From Patescibacteria group bacterium (lineage in GTDB: Bacteria > Patescibacteriota > Patescibacteriia > Patescibacteriales > UBA12465): a stretch of DNA of 64,000 bases. How positions within the stretch are numbered: position 1 is the first letter of the stretch; every line of letters starts with the position of its first letter. The notes beneath the pieces were generated by a model. It saw nothing but the letters and a program-made list of their open reading frames with translations. It was not told the origin of the DNA and did not search any database. Where the stretch lies: assembly GCA_041658665.1 (NCBI GenBank), contig JBAZZR010000003.1:68125-132124 (forward strand), read 5' to 3'. Both the position numbers and the translations under genes were made by a program. Of this stretch, positions 27,544 through 37,142 are shown one piece after another.

Positions 27544-28636
27544 ATTGACGAAGTTTCTTCATTATACCCTGATAAAACTCCAAATTATTTAAACTAGCTA
27601 AACGTTGGCCGAGCGGATCACCGGCGCGAAAAAGATGATGTAAATAAGCGCGGGAATTATTTTTTAATTCGACTAGAGAGCTAGAACGATTAACGGACGA
27701 AAAATCTTGAGTAAACTTAGCATTATTAATATTAAGCGTCTGATATTTCTGACGCTGATTAGAAAAAAATAATTTTCCGTGCCGCCCTTCGCGCGTCGGA
27801 ATAACACAATCGAACATATCCCAGCCTAGCTTAGCGCAACGAATAATATCGGCCGGCGTCCCCACGCCCAAAGCGAAACGTAAAGCGGTTGGCGGAATAA
27901 AAGCCGCCGTTTTTTTTAACACGGCTTGCAAAAATTTTCCGTCTTTATCGACCGGCCGCGCGCCGAAACCATAGCCGGCAAAACCAATTTTGACTAATTC
28001 CCGCGCACAATATTCCCGTAAATCTATGGCCGCGCCGCCCTGAATAACGGCAAATAATAAAGGACGTTTAAGGCCGCGCAATTTTTTTATTTTCAACTGT
28101 TTTTCATATTCTTTTTTACATCTTTTAGCCCAAGCAATCGTCCGCGCAACCGCTTTTTCTAAATCAGAACGAGAAAATTCATTCGGCGGGCAATCATCTA
28201 AACAAACCATCATATCGACGCCGAGGGCGAATTGAATTTGAATAGATTTCTCCGGCGTTAGCTCATGGCGAGAACCGTCTAAAGGCGATTTAAAAATAAC
28301 CTGATTATCAGTAATAGTTCCTAGCGCCTTATTTTTATGAATTAAAGAAAAAACTTGAAAACCGCCGGAATCAGATAATAAAGGCCCGGACCAATTCATA
28401 AACTTATGTAGACCCCCCGCTTTTTTAATAACTTCTAAGCCGGGTTGCAAATAGAGATGAAAAGTATTAACGACTAAGGCTTGCGTGCCGCTTCTTTTAA
28501 CCGTTTCATTATCAGTTAACTTAATAAAACCCCGCGTCGCGTCGGGCAAATAAAAAGGCGTATCTAAAAAACCATGGGCCGTCTGTAAACGGCCCTGGCG
28601 GATTCCCTGTTTCGTCGTCCGGATCAATTTAAACAT
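27542..28636 (-). CDS. tgt: tRNA-guanine transglycosylase homolog (Tgt) lacking the zinc site
   Basis: LLSDSGGFQVFSL, LDDC, GVGTPADI, WDMFDCVIPTR and SRAYLHHL are conserved. The CxCxxC...H zinc ligands are absent. Confidence 0.85.
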   Translation of the reverse strand: MFKLIRTTKQGIRQGRLQTAHGFLDTPFYLPDATRGFIKLTDNETVKRSGTQALVVNTFHLYLQPGLEVIKKAGGLHKFMNWSGPLLSDSGGFQVFSLIHKNKALGTITDNQVIFKSPLDGSRHELTPEKSIQIQFALGVDMMVCLDDCPPNEFSRSDLEKAVARTIAWAKRCKKEYEKQLKIKKLRGLKRPLLFAVIQGGAAIDLREYCARELVKIGFAGYGFGARPVDKDGKFLQAVLKKTAAFIPPTALRFALGVGTPADIIRCAKLGWDMFDCVIPTREGRHGKLFFSNQRQKYQTLNINNAKFTQDFSSVNRSSSLVELKNNSRAYLHHLFRAGDPLGQRLASLNNLEFYQGIMKKLRQ

Positions 28637-28639
28637 AAT

Positions 28640-30646
28640 TTATTTAATTATCCCGGAATTATTTAGTCCCGCGATATCGTCATCTTCTAACTTAGTCGTC
28701 TTAGCGCCTAATCGTTTACTAATCAAACTCTTCGTCTCCGTATCCATAGCGCTCAGCGCCGAACCGGGCGATAAAACCAAAATTTTATTTTTGTCGCTCG
28801 CCGTTGGGGTCAAACTTAGACTGAATTCGGCGTCTACCCGGTAAACCGAGACCGGCAGACGGCCAATCTCCCAAATCACTTGGTGGCTAGTTGAATCATA
28901 ATATAGATTACCGACATTGGTCGTACTATTATTTTCCCAGGCGACATAATCTGGTAAATCAAAAACTGCTCGAGTATCGCTTAATTCATGTAAATTATTT
29001 TTGACCGTCCAATAAACTCTAAAACTAGTCTTATTGTCTACCTGGGGCGGCAGAGGACCGGAACCAACCGGTAAATTATCCTCGTTAAAATAAAGAATTT
29101 TTTCGTCGAGCGATAAATCGCTATTAATTAATCCCTTAATTTCATTACTCCTATTACCCTGGCCTTTCACCGGCTGATTGTTCATACTATATTGGCCATA
29201 AGCGGTCACTAGTAAATCTTGCCCCTGTTCACTATCCTTAAAAAGACGTAAATTTATCGAAAAATTTATTTCACCAGCGGCGCCTGGCTTAACTTCAGCT
29301 AACTCCGGAATTTCATTCTTAGTCCAAATAATCGTATTATTATGTACCGCTCCGTTCTTACTATCCTGCAAAGAATTCCAATCTAGAAAACTGCCGCTAA
29401 GCCCGGCCATAATAACCACGTCTTTATAGGCGTTACTGCCGTGATTAGCGTAAGTCAAAGAATAATTTAAAGGTTGACCAAAATTAACCGCTGCTTCAGT
29501 TTTAGAACCGTTAAGAGATAAAGTTAAATTTAAATCACTGCTAATTATATTTGGCTTAATTGATTTTTCCCAGAAAACATATAACTGGCCATCCGCTAAT
29601 CTTTTTTCCAAACGAACCTTTAACTCTAGATCGGCGGAACGTTGTTTAACTTTATAAGATAAAGGGATTTCCTGACGTCCCGCTTCTGGGCTCAAACCGC
29701 TTAAACGCCAGCTTAGACCGCCACTTTTAGTAATCTGCACCTTCCCGGGAGTAACCCCCGACGCGGTACTACTGGCTTGGAGCGAAGAGCTAGAGGCCAC
29801 ATTCACGACGCTCGCCTCGACCCCACTAGGCAAAACAAAACTTAAATTAAAATCACCGAGCTGGTTTACTTGAATATCGGAAATAATTAGAGTTAAATCA
29901 TTATCAGAATCTAAAAAGGCCGTGCTAGAGAAATCTAAATCAGCTCGGAAGCCTAAACCGCTGATAATCGTCGAAGCCGAAGCTTCTTTTTTAAATTGAG
30001 TAGATAAATTACTCGGCACATAACTTAAGCGTCCTAAAACAACATTAGCCGAATCGGCTTGAGCAATTAGCTGACCGTTAATTACTAAAGAAAAATTTCC
30101 GCCGGGCGCTAAATCAGGTAAATCCCAGCCATAATTACCACTCGCCGGCGCAAGCGAAGCGGAGTCAAAAATAAAATTAGTCGGATATTGTAACTCCAGG
30201 CGAACCTTCGATACCGGATAATTAGTCGGATTATGATACTCTACCCGATAAGAAAAAGCTTCACCGACGAGCCGACTTTCCGGAGCGCTAATCTTAAAAT
30301 CCAAATCACCAACGCTCGCGCTACCATTTAACCAATACTGATATCCGCCATAAATTACGGCGACTAAAATAGCGAGAATAAATACCTGACGAAAAAATCT
30401 TAGCCAAAAAGGCGGCCGCTGCCTAATATTTAATTGCTTAACATCAACGGTGCTACCCTTCTTATCGCGATAAATTTCCGAAAGATCCGAATCCATTTCT
30501 AGCTCTCTCACCTCTCGCTTAATAGCGCGATCAAAGCTGGCGACTTCTTTTTCGGTCGGTACCGGCCTTTCGACAAAAGAAGACAAACCGGAAAATTCTT
30601 CGCGACCGATATTTAAATTATTTTTACTTTTTTTTGACGAAGACAT
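28640..30646 (-). CDS. Membrane-anchored hypothetical protein with a beta-rich ectodomain (DUF11/CARDB-like impression)
   Basis: 668 aa with one N-terminal TM helix (FILAILVAVIYGGYQYW), followed by repeated beta-sandwich-like segments. Confidence 0.6.
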   Translation of the reverse strand: MSSSKKSKNNLNIGREEFSGLSSFVERPVPTEKEVASFDRAIKREVRELEMDSDLSEIYRDKKGSTVDVKQLNIRQRPPFWLRFFRQVFILAILVAVIYGGYQYWLNGSASVGDLDFKISAPESRLVGEAFSYRVEYHNPTNYPVSKVRLELQYPTNFIFDSASLAPASGNYGWDLPDLAPGGNFSLVINGQLIAQADSANVVLGRLSYVPSNLSTQFKKEASASTIISGLGFRADLDFSSTAFLDSDNDLTLIISDIQVNQLGDFNLSFVLPSGVEASVVNVASSSSLQASSTASGVTPGKVQITKSGGLSWRLSGLSPEAGRQEIPLSYKVKQRSADLELKVRLEKRLADGQLYVFWEKSIKPNIISSDLNLTLSLNGSKTEAAVNFGQPLNYSLTYANHGSNAYKDVVIMAGLSGSFLDWNSLQDSKNGAVHNNTIIWTKNEIPELAEVKPGAAGEINFSINLRLFKDSEQGQDLLVTAYGQYSMNNQPVKGQGNRSNEIKGLINSDLSLDEKILYFNEDNLPVGSGPLPPQVDNKTSFRVYWTVKNNLHELSDTRAVFDLPDYVAWENNSTTNVGNLYYDSTSHQVIWEIGRLPVSVYRVDAEFSLSLTPTASDKNKILVLSPGSALSAMDTETKSLISKRLGAKTTKLEDDDIAGLNNSGIIK

Positions 30647-30680
30647 ATTTTAAGCTAGCTGGAGCCAAACCAGCTCATAA

Positions 30681-33230
30681 TTAATAATTAGAGTCCTTCA
30701 CTAAAATAGACCAATATTTATCACGATCTAATATTTCTTGAAAATCCCAACCGGCTGAGCCTTTTAAAAAATCAGGATAACGCCAAAATATTTGACTACT
30801 AGCGGGTAAAATTAACTGGCTCGTCAGCTCGCTCGGTGGCGCCCCCGCCTGCTTCTGAACTAATAAAGAATAGGGGAATAAATTACCAAATTCTGGATTC
30901 AGATAGCGGTTAAAAACGGCCAACCAACCGGATTTAGCCGCCGAGGCGAAAAAATTAAAAGGTAAACGATACTGAATAGTTATCACCGCCGTTTCCCCCG
31001 GATCAATCATAACCCAATTCGCAAACACCGTCTTATCCTTTTCCTGATAAATTTTAGTGCCGGTCGTCTCGTTAGTGACAGCGGCCCGCTCATTACTCAA
31101 TAAAGCTAGAGATTCTAAATCTCCGACGGGTTGAGGTTGAAAATATTTAGTCTCGGGTTTTTTGAAACCCGCCGCCAACAATAATTCACTATTTAAAGGC
31201 ACATAAATTCGTAACCAATCGACATTACGCACGCCGGTCAAAGCGACTCCCTCAACTCCCTGGTGCGTCCGCTGGATTTTTAAAGTATTAATAATACTGC
31301 CGTCCACCTGAACTTCACTCTTTAAATCTATTTTCTCGCTCATTAAACGATCGGACTTCTGACCGGCGATATTAGTATGAATCACCGCCAAATAATCATG
31401 ATCACTAGAGCGCATCTCGCCGGCCCAATTCTGGCTAGCAATTCCGGCTTGTAAAGATTCATTTTTAAAATAAAGCATGATCTGTTTAGCCGCCATATTC
31501 TCTTCAAAAAGCGCCATCATTTTTACTAAGTTTTCTCTCGTTAATTTTTGAGGTAAAATTTCTAAAATCTTCACTAGTAAATCACCAATAATCTTCTTCG
31601 GTTTATTAGCCGCATTAATTTCAAGATCTTGTTTGAGCGGCCAATTAGATTTAACCGGCACTGTCGTAGTCGGCAGACCGACGATAGAATAAGGATTAGT
31701 CTTAGCTAAATTTTTTTGTTCGGTTATTTTTTGAACAGTTTCCCAAAAATTAGCCGCATCAATAGTCAGGCCATATTCGGATTGTAAATTAATCGGCCCG
31801 GTAATTTCTAAAAGTCCTTCCAGCACGGTCGGAGTAAGGCCAATCACGCCGTCGACACTGGGGCCGCCGCTCTTACTATAAAACCACATCAAATTTTGAG
31901 CGGTCGTCGGCCAATCTGGCCACCAATTAGCATCCCAAAAATACCAAAGCGGACTAACTAGGGATAGCGGTTCCGGTGGCACGACTCTTAGCTCTAGTCC
32001 ACCCTCCGTATCATAAGATCCGCCGCCCGGCACTTCTAAATTATTAATCCGACCATTTTTAAAATCGACTAAAGCGTAGCTGCCAATAAAACCGCCGCTC
32101 GCTCGGAGCTCACTATTATTTTGAAAAACCACTAAATATCTTTTGTCGCTACTCCGGCCTAACAGTTCCTTGAGATTATCAGCTAAATTAATAAAATTTA
32201 CTAAATTATTAACCAATAGATCGGACTGCTGACTTAAGGCCACGAACTTAGCTTGGTATTCCGTCGGGAGGTTAACGTTCTTAATACTCGCGAGAACCTC
32301 TTGTAAACTTTGAGCGTCTCGCGCCGCCGTCTGGCCATAAAGCAAAAAATTATCCAGACGCCTCGAAAAATCTAATTCTGATTCGCTAAATAGGCTGCCC
32401 GTCGCTTGCGCTAAGTTACTCCCCAAAGAAGCGCTGAGAGCGCCGAGACGCAAGAATTTTTTGCTCTCCGCGGCTAATTTAATCTTAGGATTATCCGAAA
32501 AAGCCGCCAGAGACAGGACTAAATCATTAATTTTATTTAAATCACTTTCGGCCGCCAAAAAATTAACTCCGGCCGCCTGAAATTTAGAATTCGCCTCCTT
32601 AAAATCCAGGTTGGAGGCCGAATCAGTCGCCGCTAGTAAATTACTAAAAGCGAATTCCGAACGAGCAACGATTTTTTTCTCCCAATTTTTAAAATCAAAT
32701 ATTTGGAAATAAGCGAGTAGCTTAAAAGGAATAATAATTAAAATTAAAACAATAATAAATGATAAAAGTGAGCGATACCAAAAAACTTGAGACTCCGCCG
32801 TATCTAGCCGCTGGCGCTCCGTTTGGCTCGCAGCATTCGGACGCGGGGCAGCCTTAAAAATCCTCTCTTGATCATCGACAAATTTCCGCCAAAAACTTTT
32901 AGGCGCTGGGGCAAGCGACGAAATAGTACGCGCTTGTTTTATAAACGCCGACCAATGTAAATAATTATTTAAATTTCTAAAAACAAGCCCTAGACGAAAT
33001 TTACGCAGGCGACGAAAAAGATTTTCCGGCTCTCTTAGTAAATTAAAATTTATTTTATCGGTCACGCGACTCAAGCGCCGGAAACTAATTTGTCCCCGCT
33101 CCCTTATTTTTTTCTCTTCTTTTCTAATATCACGCGTCGCCTTTTTTTCAATTTTTCTTAAGTCAACTACAAAATTAGAGAACCTTTCTCTTTCTAAACT
33201 AAATAACAAATTTTTATCTTTAATCGCCAT
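30681..33230 (-). CDS. DUF4012-domain membrane-anchored protein
   Basis: 849 aa with an N-terminal TM helix. The motif RYLVVFQNNSELRASGGFIGSYALV matches the DUF4012 signature as I remember it. Confidence 0.7.
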   Translation of the reverse strand: MAIKDKNLLFSLERERFSNFVVDLRKIEKKATRDIRKEEKKIRERGQISFRRLSRVTDKINFNLLREPENLFRRLRKFRLGLVFRNLNNYLHWSAFIKQARTISSLAPAPKSFWRKFVDDQERIFKAAPRPNAASQTERQRLDTAESQVFWYRSLLSFIIVLILIIIPFKLLAYFQIFDFKNWEKKIVARSEFAFSNLLAATDSASNLDFKEANSKFQAAGVNFLAAESDLNKINDLVLSLAAFSDNPKIKLAAESKKFLRLGALSASLGSNLAQATGSLFSESELDFSRRLDNFLLYGQTAARDAQSLQEVLASIKNVNLPTEYQAKFVALSQQSDLLVNNLVNFINLADNLKELLGRSSDKRYLVVFQNNSELRASGGFIGSYALVDFKNGRINNLEVPGGGSYDTEGGLELRVVPPEPLSLVSPLWYFWDANWWPDWPTTAQNLMWFYSKSGGPSVDGVIGLTPTVLEGLLEITGPINLQSEYGLTIDAANFWETVQKITEQKNLAKTNPYSIVGLPTTTVPVKSNWPLKQDLEINAANKPKKIIGDLLVKILEILPQKLTRENLVKMMALFEENMAAKQIMLYFKNESLQAGIASQNWAGEMRSSDHDYLAVIHTNIAGQKSDRLMSEKIDLKSEVQVDGSIINTLKIQRTHQGVEGVALTGVRNVDWLRIYVPLNSELLLAAGFKKPETKYFQPQPVGDLESLALLSNERAAVTNETTGTKIYQEKDKTVFANWVMIDPGETAVITIQYRLPFNFFASAAKSGWLAVFNRYLNPEFGNLFPYSLLVQKQAGAPPSELTSQLILPASSQIFWRYPDFLKGSAGWDFQEILDRDKYWSILVKDSNY

Positions 33231-33242
33231 TTTAACGAGTAT

Positions 33243-34427
33243 TTAACGAATATTTAAAGCCTGTTTATAAATCAGCCTGGTTTGGTTAGCGCACTCCCAC
33301 CAATTATATTTTTTGACGAGCGCCTGGCCTAAATGTTTTAAATTATCGCGCTTCGCTTGATCAGTCATAATTAAATTAATCTTGGCTAATAAATCATCTT
33401 CTCGAGCGGGATCAAAATACAAACAAGCGTCACCTAAAATTTCCGGCAGAGAGGAAAGACTCGAGCTCAAAACGGGGCAACCCTGCGCCATCGCCTCTAA
33501 AGGCGGCAAACCAAACCCTTCATATAAAGAAGGAAAGACATAGGCGAGCGCGGCGGCGTAAAAAAGCGCTAATTGAGCATCAGGGACATAAGCCGTAAAA
33601 ATAACGGGATTATTAAGGTTATTCTTCTGCCACAAATTCAAAGAACGAGCATAATCTTGCAAACGCAGATAAAAATAATCTAATTTACCGACGAGCACTA
33701 AGCGTAAATCTGGCTGAGTAACATGCAGACGGCTAAAAACTTTTAACAAGAACTCTAAATTTTTATGAGGATAGGCATTACCGACATATAATAAAAATTT
33801 ATTGGCAATATTATACTGGGCCAAAACCTCATGCGAGTCTAATTTAGAAACAAATAAGGAATCTCGCCCCTTCGATAAATTAGCTAACCCCTCATAAGTC
33901 ACTTGAATCTTACTCGGCGAAATTTTAAATTTTTGGACAATATCGTTCTTAGTAAACTCGGAGACGGCGATCACCGCCGCGGCCCGCTTGAGGGCCAACC
34001 AAATCACTAAATGGTAAACTAAATTCTTAAAATAATAATAAAACCGACTACGAGTACTGGCTCGCACCGTGGGAAAATGCGTCAAAATTAAATCATGAAT
34101 AGTGACGATAAATTTTACCGGCGTCAGTATGGGCACGTTAAAATGAGGAAAATGAACTAAATCTAATTTTTCTCGCCACAAATAATACGGAAAAACTAAT
34201 TGTTCTCGCCAGCCATACCAGATACATGATAATTTAATCTTCTTGACCCTTGGTCCTTCACTAGTAAATTCATCAAAATTATCCGGACTCAAAAATATCA
34301 CATAAGTAAAATCATCGCTGTCAGCAGCGTTATTTATTTTGATTAAATTATCGACCACTTCTTGAGTATAGCGGCCTAAGCCTTTACCAATCGGACCGTA
34401 GAAGCGGGCGTCAATACCTATTTTCAT
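33243..34427 (-). CDS. Glycosyltransferase family 4 (GT-B)
   Basis: PSLYEGFGLPPLEAMAQGCPV (E-x7-E region). Confidence 0.85.
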   Translation of the reverse strand: MKIGIDARFYGPIGKGLGRYTQEVVDNLIKINNAADSDDFTYVIFLSPDNFDEFTSEGPRVKKIKLSCIWYGWREQLVFPYYLWREKLDLVHFPHFNVPILTPVKFIVTIHDLILTHFPTVRASTRSRFYYYFKNLVYHLVIWLALKRAAAVIAVSEFTKNDIVQKFKISPSKIQVTYEGLANLSKGRDSLFVSKLDSHEVLAQYNIANKFLLYVGNAYPHKNLEFLLKVFSRLHVTQPDLRLVLVGKLDYFYLRLQDYARSLNLWQKNNLNNPVIFTAYVPDAQLALFYAAALAYVFPSLYEGFGLPPLEAMAQGCPVLSSSLSSLPEILGDACLYFDPAREDDLLAKINLIMTDQAKRDNLKHLGQALVKKYNWWECANQTRLIYKQALNIR

Positions 34428-34437
34428 GTATGTAAAA

Positions 34438-35862
34438 CTAAACGAAAGGTAAATTGGCGGGTGGGGCGGCTGGCTTATCTAATAAATCATCAGCCACATA
34501 ATTAGCCGGACGATTATGCTTATACTTAAGATTAGTAAACATATCAGGCAGAGGAACGGCTTTTTCCTCGGCGAGCGGTAGCGAAGCCGGCGCATCGGCC
34601 TTGCGTCCCGGCGCCTTTTGAATCATCGCCGCCTTAACATTAGCTTCGACAGGAAAATGCCAAAGAGTCGCTAGTTCCTCAATACTATAGAGACCGGGTC
34701 GCCGGCCTCGAGATTCCGACCGCCGAATATAAGCCTGAAAAATATTTCTCTTTTTTCTCAGTAATCGAGCCTTTTGAAAAAAATAAGATGTCCTCGTAAA
34801 AGTCATGTCCAGATCCGGCTTCAAATTATTGAGGTCTAAAGCAATGAACTGCTTCATATAACCGACTAACCCATTAGCTACTTTAGCCTTATTCATCACT
34901 TCAGGTTTAGCCACATAGACAATCCTAATTTTAACTTCAAACGCCACTTTCGAAGATTTCAGCTGAATCGCCTCAACCTTCTTCTTTTCGCCAGGATTTA
35001 AATCCATCATAGTTTTAGCCCGTTCTTCCTTTTTTTCAATCTCACCCCAGATAGGATAAACCATCTCGCTCGCTTCGCCTAAAACTTCCAGTCCTTTCAT
35101 CGCTAAGCCTTTTTTAACCTTTTCTTTACGACCCATTATTTTATTTATTTCTTTTTCGCATCTTTTCACCCAGCTAAAATCGACCGGAATAACAATAATT
35201 TGAAACCAAAACTGTTCGCCTTGGCGCAAAGAGCCGCAAAGATCCATCAGACTCGCCATCGGATCCTTAAACTGTGTTTCACTCGGCCCGAGCATATGTT
35301 CAAATTCTTGATAACATTTTATTGGGTAAACTGAGGACTCTTTTTGAATAAACTCTGTTCCCCAAACGTCATATTCTTCATCTGGCAAATCACTCGGCAG
35401 CGCCTCGGTATAATCATCAACCTCAGCGATCTCAGCGTCCGGGTACTGGGAGTAAACCGCCGATTCTACTAAATTACGAAATTCCGACGGCGTATGAATT
35501 AAAAATTGCGTATAACCTTCTAGGCTAACAATTTCGAAGCTAAAACTTTTTTGGAACTTCCCTTCAAACCATTTTTCAAAAAAACTAATCGAGCCATGCG
35601 CTCCCGCTAAATAAGTAAACATATTCTCTACGGCTTTGGGCGTCTGCTCATTGCCGCGCGGTATATCAATCGCTAGGAGAATGCTCTGGTGGTTCGCCCC
35701 CCAACGGGTTCTCAGCCAAAAAAGATATAATTCCCGAACGCCAAACAAAAAAACTAACGAAATAATCAACCAGCCGACGTTACCCATAAAAACCCAAAAC
35801 ATCTGTTCCGGAGGCAGATTAAAAAAATTATCAAGACGAACGGTATTAATTACTATATTCAT
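34438..35862 (-). CDS. Hypothetical membrane protein (474 aa)
   Basis: It has an N-terminal TM helix and is tightly linked to the GT4 gene (10-nt gap). No motif recognised. Confidence 0.6.
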   Translation of the reverse strand: MNIVINTVRLDNFFNLPPEQMFWVFMGNVGWLIISLVFLFGVRELYLFWLRTRWGANHQSILLAIDIPRGNEQTPKAVENMFTYLAGAHGSISFFEKWFEGKFQKSFSFEIVSLEGYTQFLIHTPSEFRNLVESAVYSQYPDAEIAEVDDYTEALPSDLPDEEYDVWGTEFIQKESSVYPIKCYQEFEHMLGPSETQFKDPMASLMDLCGSLRQGEQFWFQIIVIPVDFSWVKRCEKEINKIMGRKEKVKKGLAMKGLEVLGEASEMVYPIWGEIEKKEERAKTMMDLNPGEKKKVEAIQLKSSKVAFEVKIRIVYVAKPEVMNKAKVANGLVGYMKQFIALDLNNLKPDLDMTFTRTSYFFQKARLLRKKRNIFQAYIRRSESRGRRPGLYSIEELATLWHFPVEANVKAAMIQKAPGRKADAPASLPLAEEKAVPLPDMFTNLKYKHNRPANYVADDLLDKPAAPPANLPFV

Positions 35863-35922
35863 GGCCTAATAATGCTAGTTAAGGCTACTTAATTATTAAT
35901 AATTTTACCATAAAAATTAAAA

Positions 35923-35957
35923 AAAATAAAATCCGATGCTTGATCGGATTTTATTTT
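35923..35957. terminator. Bidirectional intrinsic terminator
   Basis: AAAATAAAATCCGAT-gcttg-ATCGGATTTTATTTT. Confidence 0.7.
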
Positions 35958-36039
35958 AAAAACTTGACTCTAAATTCGGGAAGTTATAATAGTCTAAACT
36001 AATCAACTCATGATAATCTAAACTAATATTAATTAAATA

Positions 36040-37080
36040 TTATTTTTGCCACTCCTTAAGGCCGTAAGTCCCCCGACTCACTAAAACATAGCGATTATCT
36101 AGGATAAGTTCATTGTGCACCGTGGCGGCATTAGCCACCTTTTTATCAAATTTAATGGTGTTAATCTGTTTAGCAATTTCCGTAAAATGGAGAGGCTGTC
36201 CTTGATGTTTTAAAATTAAATAAATCTTATCATTAACAGTTTTCGGCTTAATTTCTCCCCAGTGAGCCAAACCCCAATCGCCATACTTATTTTGTTCTAA
36301 GTTCTTAACCGTCTGCAAAAGAGAGTAAAGAATTTTATTATTATTAATTAACTCCGCCTTATCAGGAAAAATCTGACTTTTAAAAATAGGGCTGATATCC
36401 ATCTTTGAATCCGGGTTCAGTCTTAATTCATGCTTACTATAAACGTCTAACTTCTTTAATAAATCTAATAATTCTTCAGTACTTAAGGTCTTTTTCAAAC
36501 CATCGACTTTTGCTAATAAATCAACGGTTAATTCCGTTAAATGATCGACGGCGCCGTCTTTCGTCTTAAAAGCCGGATTAAAATTTTCCACATCGCCTAC
36601 TAATTCCAAATCATCATTCATTAACTTAGAAATCAAAAAATTAAAATGATTACGGTAACTCTGGCGACTAATTTCTTGTTCAGGAGCGCCCGCTAAAACA
36701 TCACCTTTAATTTCTAAACAAATAACCGATAAAATATCCAATAAATAATCACGCCGCATTAAGCCACCATGTTCTGAGAGTAAACTCTGAACAACTTCTT
36801 TTAAAGTAGCGACGGCTTCTGTCAGCTTGTCTAATTTTTTAATTTTTTTAATACTGGCCGCTTCGATTTGTCTAACTCGTTCGCGAGTTAATTTATGGAG
36901 GCCACCGATTTTTTCTAAGGTCTCTCCTTTATTCCCTTTTAAACCAAAACGACGAGATAAAATATCTTTTTCTCGATCTAATAACTCGGAAAATAAAGAG
37001 TTGACAATACTAATCGCATCAAGGCGAACTAATTCTTGTTCTTTTTTCTCCTTAATAATTTTTTCTAATAAATTGTCCAT
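36040..37080 (-). CDS. Sigma-70 region 4 HTH plus C-terminal HARE-HTH domain protein
   Basis: N-terminal region: ILSRRFGLKGNKGETLEKIGGLHKLTRERVRQIEAASIKKI (sigma region 4.2 type). C-terminal region: PLHFTEIAKQI...TVHNELILDNRYVLVSRGTYGLKEW (HARE-HTH type, as in the RNAP delta subunit). Sigma regions 1-3 are absent. Confidence 0.7.
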   Translation of the reverse strand: MDNLLEKIIKEKKEQELVRLDAISIVNSLFSELLDREKDILSRRFGLKGNKGETLEKIGGLHKLTRERVRQIEAASIKKIKKLDKLTEAVATLKEVVQSLLSEHGGLMRRDYLLDILSVICLEIKGDVLAGAPEQEISRQSYRNHFNFLISKLMNDDLELVGDVENFNPAFKTKDGAVDHLTELTVDLLAKVDGLKKTLSTEELLDLLKKLDVYSKHELRLNPDSKMDISPIFKSQIFPDKAELINNNKILYSLLQTVKNLEQNKYGDWGLAHWGEIKPKTVNDKIYLILKHQGQPLHFTEIAKQINTIKFDKKVANAATVHNELILDNRYVLVSRGTYGLKEWQK

Positions 37081-37142
37081 ATAAAAAAAATAAGACCTTA
37101 AGTTATTTAATTCCTCCTTTAATTCTCCCTTAACTTATCATA

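Noticed and set aside
35964-36027. A plus-strand TTGACT-15 nt-TATAAT match (35964-35990), followed by an 11-nt direct repeat TCTAAACTAAT (35993-36003 and 36017-36027), pointing antisense into the 3' end of the sigma-r4/HARE-HTH gene.
   Set aside because: The spacer is only 15 nt, and there is no downstream plus-strand gene or structured RNA that I can see. The region is AT-rich, so the chance of a fortuitous match is high. It could still be checked by RNA-seq for an antisense transcript.
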